From positions 10,617 through 74,616 of the forward strand of contig CAZTDD010000012.1 of the NCBI GenBank assembly GCA_964612675.1: a stretch of DNA of 64,000 nucleotides, written 5' to 3'. This stretch comes from an uncultured bacterium. Lineage in GTDB: Bacteria > Hinthialibacterota > Hinthialibacteria > Hinthialibacterales > JAKPRU01. Shown piece after piece: positions 26,968 to 36,435 of the stretch (its first letter is position 1; each line of letters starts with the position of its first letter). The notes beneath the pieces were generated by a model. That model ran no database searches. It was not told where the DNA came from and worked only from the letters and a program-made list of their open reading frames with translations. The position numbers and the translations under genes are program-made.

Positions 26968-28269
26968 CTACCAATCTTCAGTGCGCCAGCTGTCGGGTAA
27001 AACGCCGATGACGACATCCGGATTCCCGCGTTTGTTGGACGTGAACACGACTCGTGTGCCGTCCGGATTCCAACCGACATGAGGATGGGCACCCGTGCCG
27101 TAGGTCCGATGGTTCTGAGTCAGACGCCGTATTCGAGCGGTTCGTGCGCTGAAGATCGCGATGTCGCCGTGCCAATTGTCTCCGGCTACCCACCTTCCGT
27201 TTGGGGCGCCGGATGCATGCCACCAATTGTGTTTCGAAATCTTCTCGGGACTGCCACCCGGCCACCACACTCCGGGGCCGACGATCCGTGCCTGCCCGGT
27301 TGAGAGGTCGAGTACCTTCACATGGGACTCTTCAGCGTGTCCTTCCGATCGGGTTCCCGAGCAAAATGTCAGTTGGTCTCCAACCCACCAACATTCATGC
27401 GTTACCAGTTCCCCTTCGACCTGCGGATAAATCGGCCACGGCTCCCGGCCCGATAAATCGACAAGCGTCATGCGCGAATGGATTTTGCCTTCCGGGATTT
27501 CCATCGGTCGGTCGGTATGTTCCCGTGCAAACATAACGAGATCCGGTTCCGTCCAGCTTGCCTGTACATGGGTGATCAGCTCGTTCGACGCTGTCATCTC
27601 TTTGTAACTTCCCGTCAATTTGTTCATCCATACAATGTGATATCTCTTTTCCTCTCCCTCCGTTTGAAATCCAATAACAAGAGCCCTTCCAGTACTATTC
27701 TCGTTAATCCCCAGGGACCCGACCATCGTATCCGGAAGCCGTCCGACGAGGCGTTCGTTGACTTTTACCGTAGATCGTTTTTCCGAGTCGGACGCGGTAA
27801 CCTCGAAATCCCATTCATAGACAGCTTCTTCGCGAACGAAGTACAGGTGATTCGTGAATCGTCCCGCTGTCGCATGCGATATCCCGGGATCTTCAGGTCT
27901 TTGGAGCCTCACGAGTTCGCCGGTGGATTCAAGGTAACCAAATAATTCCCGCTTTCCCGTACGATTCGTGGTGAAGAAAAGCATGGAACCGTCAGGCAGC
28001 CAGGAGCGCTGATGGAAATAGAGGTTATTGTCTTCCGCCGGGGCCTTGGTCACGAAGATCAAATCCGCTCCCGAAGAACGATCTTGAATCGTCTCTCGTT
28101 CGGATTCGAAAACCTGACAACTCCAGGATTCGCCCGATATTTCATCCGCCAAGAACCCTGTTGTGAATACCGATAAACAGACCAGCCACAGTCCTGTGAT
28201 GACAACGGAACGATTGCTGGACATTTTGGTGTTTTGCTGTTTCTCATACCAACGAAATATCGACTGCAT
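26968..28269 (-). CDS. Oligogalacturonate lyase-like / TolB-like beta-propeller protein
   Basis: NLYFHQRSWLPDGSMLFF, THVQASW, THECWW, AHPHVGWNPDGTRVVFTS. Confidence 0.72.
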   Translation of the reverse strand: MQSIFRWYEKQQNTKMSSNRSVVITGLWLVCLSVFTTGFLADEISGESWSCQVFESERETIQDRSSGADLIFVTKAPAEDNNLYFHQRSWLPDGSMLFFTTNRTGKRELFGYLESTGELVRLQRPEDPGISHATAGRFTNHLYFVREEAVYEWDFEVTASDSEKRSTVKVNERLVGRLPDTMVGSLGINENSTGRALVIGFQTEGEEKRYHIVWMNKLTGSYKEMTASNELITHVQASWTEPDLVMFAREHTDRPMEIPEGKIHSRMTLVDLSGREPWPIYPQVEGELVTHECWWVGDQLTFCSGTRSEGHAEESHVKVLDLSTGQARIVGPGVWWPGGSPEKISKHNWWHASGAPNGRWVAGDNWHGDIAIFSARTARIRRLTQNHRTYGTGAHPHVGWNPDGTRVVFTSNKRGNPDVVIGVLPDSWRTEDW

Positions 28270-28308
28270 GGATTATTCCTCCAAATAGAATACTTGGTCT
28301 GCCTATGA

Positions 28309-29823
28309 TCATCCGCGATCGTACCCCTTTTTATAGTCCGCGCGGCAAATCAGCTCTGTTTCGTCCGGGTCTCTTCCGAGTTCACTCACCAGCTTCGTGT
28401 GCATGGTTTCGATCCGCTGTTTCTGCTGTGGCGACTGGGCCAGGTTATGGAACTCTCCCGGATCTTCGCTCAAGTTGTACAGTTCACGTTCCGGACCGTA
28501 CTCCTCGCTCATCTGTGTATGATAGACGTACTTATAATCGCCGGACCGCAGCATCGCAAAACCTGAAGCGATGTTGTGTGCATAATACTCGCTGATCGCA
28601 AACCCCGGCGCGGATGCCTTCGGATCGTCGAGGTAAGTAGACAACGATTGTCCGTTCCAATCTCCCGGTGTTTCGGCTCCCGCAGCTTCCACCATCGTCT
28701 GTGTAACATCCACCAGAGAACATACCTCTTTGCGGCGCGACCCATCATCCCAGCGACCCGGCCACCGGACCATCAGCGGCACTCGCGTAGCATGTTCGTA
28801 CATGCAGTTTTTCCACCACATGCCGTGGTCCCCTTTGTTCTCACCGTGGTCTGTTGTGTAGATGACAAGCGTCGATTCCGCTTCAGACGAATTGTCGAGA
28901 GCCGTCATGAGTTTTCCAATTTGATCATCAAACCAATTGACAAAAGCCCAATAGCACTCCCGCCCGAGTTTTATCTGTTCGGGGGTTGCTTCTGTGACCC
29001 CAAAATCCTGCCGAAGGTGCTTATAGTTCGTAACTTGGGTATCAAAGAAGCCTTCCGGGATGGTAGGCATTGGAATCTTGTCCTGATAGCGATCATAGTA
29101 CGACTGCGGGACGATCAACGGGAAGTGAGGGGCGAGATACCCCGCGATCAGGAAGAAAGGAGCATCCTGCTTTTTTCTTTTGGAGAGGAATTCACTGCAC
29201 GAGCGAGTCACCTCCCGGTCGTGTTCCATGACTCTTGAAGTTTTATCGACACGAAACTCTGCGGATCGTCCCTTCCAACTCTTCGAGTTTACGCTGGTGT
29301 CGTCAGGTTTTCGACGACCGCCTCGTCCTGATTTCTTGCTATCGTTTGTCCATGCCGGAAAAAGCTCCTGAAGGCCATGACGGCGCGTGGAGTCGAGATG
29401 CATTTTGCCGCTGAGGTGGCAATCGTAACCCGCTGACTTCAGACGTTCTGAGAGGGTGGGGTAGTCCTCGGAAGGCAACCAACAACTGTTGCTGTACGCC
29501 CCTACGCGTGTGCAGTATTTGCCCGAAAGAAGGCTGAGACGGGAGGGAACGCATAAAGGCGAATTTGTGTAGCAATTATTAAAGAGTACTCCCCGGTCCG
29601 CGAATCGATCCAAATTCGGTGTTTGGATTCTCGGATCGCCATAGCAGCCTGTCACGCCGGGATCGTGCTCATCGGAGATAATGAACAGAATGTTGGGGCG
29701 CGTATCGCTCGACGCCTGGGCGGATCGGATAAATGCGGGAGCGCTTAGTCCGCCGATGATTCCGCTTAACCGGCCGACAAAATCTCTTCGACTCATATCT
29801 GCGTCTTTGGATTCAACGGACAT
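28309..29823 (-). CDS. Sulfatase (choline-sulfatase-like), Tat signal
   Basis: SRRDFVG; PNILFIISDEH; LCVPSR formylglycine motif; GKMH; TTDHGENKGDHG. Confidence 0.93.
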   Translation of the reverse strand: MSVESKDADMSRRDFVGRLSGIIGGLSAPAFIRSAQASSDTRPNILFIISDEHDPGVTGCYGDPRIQTPNLDRFADRGVLFNNCYTNSPLCVPSRLSLLSGKYCTRVGAYSNSCWLPSEDYPTLSERLKSAGYDCHLSGKMHLDSTRRHGLQELFPAWTNDSKKSGRGGRRKPDDTSVNSKSWKGRSAEFRVDKTSRVMEHDREVTRSCSEFLSKRKKQDAPFFLIAGYLAPHFPLIVPQSYYDRYQDKIPMPTIPEGFFDTQVTNYKHLRQDFGVTEATPEQIKLGRECYWAFVNWFDDQIGKLMTALDNSSEAESTLVIYTTDHGENKGDHGMWWKNCMYEHATRVPLMVRWPGRWDDGSRRKEVCSLVDVTQTMVEAAGAETPGDWNGQSLSTYLDDPKASAPGFAISEYYAHNIASGFAMLRSGDYKYVYHTQMSEEYGPERELYNLSEDPGEFHNLAQSPQQKQRIETMHTKLVSELGRDPDETELICRADYKKGYDRG

Positions 29824-30084
29824 TGCTCTCTCCTTCCTTCTTGTCACGAGTTGTTTTTCGATTCTATGTCTTTTTACCGGCGCTGTCTTCAGCACTCCGA
29901 ATGAGAAACAGCTGCCTCCCCTGTCTTGATTAGAACCGAGTATCCCTTCGTCCTGCCGTAGTTATAAGGCCGTGTTTCACCTTCCAAGAGTGTGATAAGG
30001 TAGGAAGCCGTCTGAGAGATTCTCGTGTCGGATGTCTCAGCCATCCGAGGTTCACGGTACACCAATTCAGTCAGGAGTAAGGTC

Positions 30085-31389
30085 ATGGGGACAACAAGCC
30101 ATGAAGCATTCAATCGCAGGACTTTTTTGAAATCCACAGGCGTCGCGGCCGCGGCAGTCAGCGCCACAAATTACCGCGCTATGGCCGGGACCGGCCCGAA
30201 TGAGAAGATCCGCGCAGGATGTATCGGTGTCGGAGGAATGGGAACGAGCCGTCTCAAAGAACTTCTTCGGCAGGATGATGTAGACGTTGTTGCGATTTGC
30301 GATGTCGATAGTCAACATGCCGAACGCGCAGCAGCGCTTGTCGAAGAGCGGTCTCACCTGAAACCGGACCAGTATAAAGATTTCCGCAAAGTATTGGATC
30401 GGGACGATATCGATGTAGTGACGGTAACCACGCCCGACCACTGGCATGCGTTGCCTTTCGTTAATGCATGTGAAGCCGGTAAAGATATTTTCGTGGAAAA
30501 ACCGTTGTGTCACAGCTTCTTCGAAGGGAAGAAGATGCTGGAGGCGGCGAGAGAGTATAAGCGTGTGTCGCAAATGGGAAATCATATTCACGCAGGCGAG
30601 AATTATCGCAAAGTCGTTCAGATTGCCCGCTCCGGTATCCTTGGCGATATCACGCGTGTGCAGGTCTGGAAAACTTCGGGAATCAACGATCTCGGGAAGC
30701 CTGCCAACTCGAATCCTCCGTCTTCGCTGGACTATGACTTCTGGCTGGGACCGGCGCCCAAACGGCCTTATAACCCGCTCCGGAGCCATTTCGATTTCCG
30801 TTATTTCTGGGATTACTCCGGTGGAGCGTTCGCCGATTTCTGGTGCCATATCAGCGATATCGCCTACTGGGCGCTTGATCTGAAGGCCCCCCGAACCGTA
30901 AGCGCTACGGGCGGACGGCGGCTTGTGGATGATATTGCTGAGACTCCGAATACTCTTGAAGTGATCTACGACTACGATGGAATTCCTCTCGTTTTTACAT
31001 TGAATCCGACCGGGATCCCCGGATTTCTTCACATGGGCGGAATCGGCTGCATGATCCAGGGAGTTAAAGGAACCCTCGTTACGAATTACAGTTCTCACGA
31101 AGTGTATATCGACAACAAAAAGGTCGAGGATCCGGATCTTGGCAGCACTCCGGCGCTGGAACCCTCTCCGGGCCATATGCGACAGTTTCTGAACTGCGTC
31201 AAAACCCGGGAAGCGCCGGACTGTAACGTGGAATACGCTCAAAGGCTCGTGAAAGGTATGCATCTCGGCCTGATTGCCTACAAGCGAGGCGAAACAGTCA
31301 CATGGGATGACGAAAAGGAGCGTTTCATTCGCGACAGCCAGGCAAACCGGATGCTCCAGCGGCGATATCGCAGACCGTGGCGTCTGTAG
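30085..31389 (+). CDS. Gfo/Idh/MocA family oxidoreductase, Tat signal
   Basis: NRRTFLK; CIGVGGMG; TTPDHWHA; DIFVEKP; FRYFWDYSGG. Confidence 0.93.
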   Translation: MGTTSHEAFNRRTFLKSTGVAAAAVSATNYRAMAGTGPNEKIRAGCIGVGGMGTSRLKELLRQDDVDVVAICDVDSQHAERAAALVEERSHLKPDQYKDFRKVLDRDDIDVVTVTTPDHWHALPFVNACEAGKDIFVEKPLCHSFFEGKKMLEAAREYKRVSQMGNHIHAGENYRKVVQIARSGILGDITRVQVWKTSGINDLGKPANSNPPSSLDYDFWLGPAPKRPYNPLRSHFDFRYFWDYSGGAFADFWCHISDIAYWALDLKAPRTVSATGGRRLVDDIAETPNTLEVIYDYDGIPLVFTLNPTGIPGFLHMGGIGCMIQGVKGTLVTNYSSHEVYIDNKKVEDPDLGSTPALEPSPGHMRQFLNCVKTREAPDCNVEYAQRLVKGMHLGLIAYKRGETVTWDDEKERFIRDSQANRMLQRRYRRPWRL

Positions 31390-31441
31390 ATTTCCGCTGC
31401 TCTTTCAAATTTGAATGAACAAAATGGAGGTAATTTCCTCT

Positions 31442-33568
31442 ATGCGACATGGGGCATTTATTGCTGCAGTATGCTGGTCACTATTGGTTTCCACCGGCGT
31501 TTCATGTATTGCGGACGATCGCGTACCGGGAACGCCGGCTTTCTATTACGTGGCCGCCGACGGAGACGATTCGTGGTCCGGCGAGCTGAAACAACCCAAT
31601 GACGATCGGACGGACGGACCGTTCGCGACCCTCAAACAAGCCCGAGACCGCATTCGCGCTCTTAAAGCGGAGCAGGGCGGTTCACTCAGACAGCCCGTGA
31701 CTGTTTTCGTGCGGGAGGGTTTTTATTTTCTTACGGAGCCGTTGAAACTGGCACCGCAAGACTCGGGAACCCATCAATACCGTGTCACTTACGCGGCGTA
31801 TCCGGACGAAAATCCCGTGATCAGCGGTGGACGTTTGATTTCCGACTGGGAACAGCAGGGTCGGAATGGCAGCCTTGTGGCCGAGTTGCCGGAAGTGCGC
31901 GATCAAGACTGGCGTTTCTCGCAGCTCTGGACAAAGGACGGCGTTCGATTGACACGTGCTCGCCATCCGAATTCAGGTCTTCTGCAGATTGACAATGTTC
32001 CCGACTTGAATCCAAAGGACCCATACAATGTGGGTCAAAAGCGCTTCCAATACAAACCCGGCGATCTACTCGATTATCAGGACCTTGCCGATGCACAGAT
32101 CGTCTTGCTTCACTTCTGGGTCTCCGCTCGTTTGCCCGTCCAGCGCATCGACGAAGAAAACCACATGATCGAGTTGGAGTTGAAAACCAGGCGCAAAATG
32201 ACCGAGTCGGGAAAAGCCGGGAAATTGGCACCGTATTATATTGAAAATGCGCTCGAGTTGATGGATTCTCCCGGCGAGTGGTTTCTGGATTGCTCTTCCG
32301 GAAAACTTCATTTCATACCGAAAACATCGATGGGAAACGAAGGGAGCTCGCCGGAAGTAGTCGCACCCGTTCTATCAAAGCTGGTTCACATTGAGGGCCG
32401 TCCTGAATCTGGAGATTATGTCGAATATGTACATTTCGACGGTTTGACCTTTTCGCACACAGATTGGCTATTGCCCAAAGGCGAGGCTGGAGATCATCAG
32501 GCTGCGTCAATCGTTCCGGCTGCGTTGTATGCGGAAGGTGCGAAACGGTGCCGGTTCTCCGAATGCACGATCGCTCACATTGGGAATTATGGTATTGAAC
32601 TGGGACGCGGGTGTCAGGAAAATGAAATTGTCGGGTGTAGTGTACATGATTTGGGTGCCGGTGGAATTCGAGTCGGCGAGAAAACACAAAGAGGTTCAGA
32701 AAACGAGCAATGTTTTGCCAACGAGGTTGTAGATTGCGAGATTTTCGACGGCGGTCATTTCTTTTATCAAGGAATTGGTTTGTGGCTGGGCCAAACATAC
32801 GAAAACCGAATTGCACATAATCACATTCATGATTTTTACTACACCGGTATCTCTGTCGGCTGGACGTGGGGATACGGCAGTACCTTGGCAAGTGACAATC
32901 GAATTGAATACAACCATGTTCATCATATCGGCGGTCGTTCGGAAGAATACTGCGACGAACGGATAGGCCCCGGGCCGATTTTGAGCGACATGGGCGGGAT
33001 TTATACACTGGGGACGCAACCCGGGACGACGATTAGCCATAACGTGTTTCATGACATTGCAGCGCGTGCTTACGGCGGCTGGGGAATATACTTTGATGAA
33101 GGAAGCTCGTTTATCCGTGCAGAGGATAATCTAGTCTATCGAACAACGCACGGGGGATTTCATCAGCATTACGGAAAAGAGAATATCATACAAAACAATA
33201 TCTTCGCGTACGGGCGCGATCAACAGATTCAGCGAACGAGAATCGAAGATCATCTCAGTTTTGTTTTTCGGCGAAACATCGTTTTCTGGCAGGACGGCAA
33301 GCTGCTTGCAGGTCGATGGAAAGACGACCACTATGTGATGGACTCCAATCTATACTGGAAAGTGGACGAACAGGACCTTGATTTCTCCGGATCGACTTTG
33401 GAGGAATGGCGGAAGAAAGGTCAGGGCAAGCACTCCATGATTCACGATCCGAAATTCAAAAACGCGGCCGTTTCGAATTATACTTTTACCGATCGCGAAG
33501 CAATTTCTGAAATCGGTTTTGTCCCTTTTTCTCGGAAACATGTCGGACCAAGGCTTCGACATCATTGA
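31442..33568 (+). CDS. Secreted right-handed parallel beta-helix protein (pectin-lyase-like fold)
   Basis: Signal peptide; YYVAADGDDSWSG...DGPFATL; repeats such as IAHNHIHDFYYTGISVGWTWGY; DMGGIYTLG; GIYFDEGS. Confidence 0.85.
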   Translation: MRHGAFIAAVCWSLLVSTGVSCIADDRVPGTPAFYYVAADGDDSWSGELKQPNDDRTDGPFATLKQARDRIRALKAEQGGSLRQPVTVFVREGFYFLTEPLKLAPQDSGTHQYRVTYAAYPDENPVISGGRLISDWEQQGRNGSLVAELPEVRDQDWRFSQLWTKDGVRLTRARHPNSGLLQIDNVPDLNPKDPYNVGQKRFQYKPGDLLDYQDLADAQIVLLHFWVSARLPVQRIDEENHMIELELKTRRKMTESGKAGKLAPYYIENALELMDSPGEWFLDCSSGKLHFIPKTSMGNEGSSPEVVAPVLSKLVHIEGRPESGDYVEYVHFDGLTFSHTDWLLPKGEAGDHQAASIVPAALYAEGAKRCRFSECTIAHIGNYGIELGRGCQENEIVGCSVHDLGAGGIRVGEKTQRGSENEQCFANEVVDCEIFDGGHFFYQGIGLWLGQTYENRIAHNHIHDFYYTGISVGWTWGYGSTLASDNRIEYNHVHHIGGRSEEYCDERIGPGPILSDMGGIYTLGTQPGTTISHNVFHDIAARAYGGWGIYFDEGSSFIRAEDNLVYRTTHGGFHQHYGKENIIQNNIFAYGRDQQIQRTRIEDHLSFVFRRNIVFWQDGKLLAGRWKDDHYVMDSNLYWKVDEQDLDFSGSTLEEWRKKGQGKHSMIHDPKFKNAAVSNYTFTDREAISEIGFVPFSRKHVGPRLRHH

Positions 33569-33597
33569 GACACGGCCTACCGGATGGATGGATTTGA

Positions 33598-34656
33598 ATG
33601 AGCATGACGCCTCGCGAACGTTGGATTGCCGTGTTGAACGGTGACTCACCGGACCGTGTTCCCGCCGATTACTGGGGAACGGAGGAAGTGACAGCCCGGC
33701 TGTTGAAGGATCTTGCGTGTGCGACGGAGGACGATCTTTGGCGAAAACTCCGTGTGGACCGCACACATGCCGTGGCGCCTCGTTTCATCGGTCCGAAGCC
33801 GGAGCCGGGCAAAGATATCTGGGGCGTGACGTATCGTGAGCAGCGCTACGGGGAGAATCTCGGCAGCTACCGGGAAGTGGAGCACCATCCTCTCGCGGAG
33901 ATGACCGATCCGGCTGAGTTGGAAAATCATATATGGCCGGACGCCGATTGGTTCGATTACTCGGAAATCCGTCAGGATCTGGAGAAACTGGAGGAATGGC
34001 CTGTAATGGCGGGGCATTATGAGCCGCTTCTCTATTATTCCGCCCTACGCGGATTTGAGCGTATGCTCATGGATTTGTCGGTGGCGCCGGAGTTTGCCGA
34101 GCGCGTTCTGCAGAAGATATTCGATTTTTTGTATGAATATACAAAACGGATTTTCGAAGCTGCTGGAGAGCGGGGCGGTATTCTTTATACCTACGTTGCA
34201 GAAGATCTTGGCACACAGAACGGTTTGTTGATCGGCCTGGATATGATCGATCGGTTTTTGATTCCGCGAATGCGGGCCATGGTAGACCTCGCACATTCGT
34301 TCGGGATTAAGGCGTTTCATCACGATGACGGTGCGTGTCGAGAAGTTCTGCCGCGTATGGTCGACATCGGCATCGATATCCTGAACCCAATTCAATGGCG
34401 TTGTCCCGGCATGGACCGCGAAGGGTTGAAGCGTGACTTCGGCGATGCATTTGTTTTTCACGGGGGTGTCGATAACCAACACACCTTGCCTTTCGGCACA
34501 CCCGAAGACATACGGACGGAAGTCGCCGAGAACATCCGTATCCTCGGTGCGGACGGAGGGTATATCGTTGCTCCCTGTCATAATATTCAGCCAAACACAC
34601 CGACGGAGAACATCGTTGCACTATACGACGCGGTCGAAAAGTACGGTTCCCGGTGA
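33598..34656 (+). CDS. Uroporphyrinogen decarboxylase (URO-D/MtaA/CmuA) family protein
   Basis: MTPRERWIAVL, FHHDDG, DILNPIQ, FHGGVDNQHTLPFGTPE, GGYIVAPCHNIQPNTPTENI. Confidence 0.88.
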   Translation: MSMTPRERWIAVLNGDSPDRVPADYWGTEEVTARLLKDLACATEDDLWRKLRVDRTHAVAPRFIGPKPEPGKDIWGVTYREQRYGENLGSYREVEHHPLAEMTDPAELENHIWPDADWFDYSEIRQDLEKLEEWPVMAGHYEPLLYYSALRGFERMLMDLSVAPEFAERVLQKIFDFLYEYTKRIFEAAGERGGILYTYVAEDLGTQNGLLIGLDMIDRFLIPRMRAMVDLAHSFGIKAFHHDDGACREVLPRMVDIGIDILNPIQWRCPGMDREGLKRDFGDAFVFHGGVDNQHTLPFGTPEDIRTEVAENIRILGADGGYIVAPCHNIQPNTPTENIVALYDAVEKYGSR

Positions 34657-34733
34657 CGGAAACTGCCGGTTGTCTTCCTTTCGATGCTGTAGTACATTGA
34701 GACGAGGATCATCCAGGCAAAGGGGATAGGGCG

Positions 34734-35354
34734 ATGAATGGCCGGAAGAGATCGGAACGTTGCGGATTCACTCTCATCGAACTGCTGATTGTCGTGGCGA
34801 TTATCGGCATCCTTGCGGCAATCGCAGTACCAAACTTTCTCAATGCGCAGATTCGTGCGAAAGTGGCCCGCGTCGAGAACGATTTCCGCACCCTGGCGAC
34901 CGCTATTGAATCGTACTTTATGGACAACAATTCCTATCCGCCTTATCCGGACTGGGGCGGTCACACAAGTCCGTTGTATTTCAATTCACTGAGCACGCCC
35001 GTGGCCTATTTGACCAATGCGGAATCTATCGATGACCCGTTCCAGGTTAAAGTCGATCAGGACGGGCAGCCGGGATTTCGGTATGGTTACTTCGATCCAA
35101 CGTTGCCCAACGGCCCCAAACAGAAATTCTCTCGACCGGGAGCAATGACCGAATGGAAGGGAATCCAGATGCCGGGCAATTACAAGTGGTGGGTCATTTC
35201 CCGAGGCCCGGATCAAATCATGGACGGCGACAGCGGCAGCCTCAGTCCGGAATCGGGAGCCGTTGTATTTGAGCCGGGACCGAATATATTCCTCGTTTAC
35301 GATTCATCGAACGGCTGCAAGAGCCGTGGCGATATCCACAGATTTGGACCGTGA
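34734..35354 (+). CDS. Prepilin-type N-terminal cleavage/methylation protein (GspG-like pseudopilin)
   Basis: G-FTLIELLIVVAIIGILAAIAVPNF; DPF and SRGPD motifs. Confidence 0.9.
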   Translation: MNGRKRSERCGFTLIELLIVVAIIGILAAIAVPNFLNAQIRAKVARVENDFRTLATAIESYFMDNNSYPPYPDWGGHTSPLYFNSLSTPVAYLTNAESIDDPFQVKVDQDGQPGFRYGYFDPTLPNGPKQKFSRPGAMTEWKGIQMPGNYKWWVISRGPDQIMDGDSGSLSPESGAVVFEPGPNIFLVYDSSNGCKSRGDIHRFGP

Positions 35355-35419
35355 GAAGATCCTGCGCCTCAGGGGGCGGGAAAATCAATTCATTGCAAAA
35401 AAGGTAAGGAGGCCTGTCA

Positions 35420-36172
35420 ATGAAAAAACAATATGTTGTCTGGACGCTCGTTCTTCTGTTGGCGGTTTGTGTCGTCAGCGTACCCCGAGCGGCTCATGGC
35501 GCGGATGAAGGTCCGGTCAAGGCTCTCTTGATTGGGATGGAGCCTCATGGAGAACCGGGGATTCTGGACGAGACATTGGAGAACATTAAGGCCAATTATC
35601 CCTCGGTTGATATTACGGCCGTGGAAAAGGACAACCTGGAAGCCATGAGATATGAGAACCTCAAGAAGTTTGACGTCCTCTGTCTCGAACAAATGCAGGT
35701 GGAAGATGGCAACCCGCCGGATACCGTGAAGGACGGGATTCTCCAGTTCCTGAAGGAAGGCGGCGGGCTGGTCGTTATTCATTTCGCCGTTGCCAATTGC
35801 CAGAAATGGAGAGACTCGATTGATATATTCGGAGCGATGTGGGTAAGCGGAAAATCGACGCACGGCCCCTACCACGAATTCCGGGTGGACGTGATCGACG
35901 AGGCTCATCCCATCGTGGACGGAGTCCGCCCCTTTATTACGAACGACGAACTCTATTTCAACTTGTTGATGCGTCCGGATATGCATGTCATTATGGCCGC
36001 CGATGAAGAGCGATTCGGCCATACCGTTGCGGAGCCCATGCTTTGCACGCATTATGTCCATAACGCCCGGTGTGTTTATTTCGCACTTGGACACGATCGA
36101 AAATCCTGCAGTCCGCCGGAATACAAGAAGATCCTTGTCCAGTCCATCGAATGGGCTGCTTGCAGACGATAG
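35420..36172 (+). CDS. ThuA-domain protein (secreted)
   Basis: Signal peptide; GGGLVVIHFA; HPIVDGV..F...DELY; VYFALGHD. Confidence 0.85.
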   Translation: MKKQYVVWTLVLLLAVCVVSVPRAAHGADEGPVKALLIGMEPHGEPGILDETLENIKANYPSVDITAVEKDNLEAMRYENLKKFDVLCLEQMQVEDGNPPDTVKDGILQFLKEGGGLVVIHFAVANCQKWRDSIDIFGAMWVSGKSTHGPYHEFRVDVIDEAHPIVDGVRPFITNDELYFNLLMRPDMHVIMAADEERFGHTVAEPMLCTHYVHNARCVYFALGHDRKSCSPPEYKKILVQSIEWAACRR

Positions 36173-36435
36173 ATGTATGGGAAGCCGATGTGCGGAAACG
36201 GCTTGGTATGCGGGCATTGTTCCCGTCATGTCCGGGCCGTTTCTTCGTATGGCTGCGTGTACTTTCAGGGGCGCTGGGGGCTCGGAGGTGGAGCGACACT
36301 GTGAAGTGAAGGCGGCCTCGACGGGTAGCCTGCAGGCGTGACCTGTGGAGAAATACTGTTGGCGTGAAGACCGCCGGGGAGAGAGGCGGTCCAAGAATGT
36401 GCTGTACCGGAAACGCGCCGAAGGGACGTTGAAGC

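Noticed and set aside
33598-34656. hemE assignment
   Set aside because: The HemE N-terminal W-x-M-R-Q-A-G-R motif is absent and there are no hem genes nearby.
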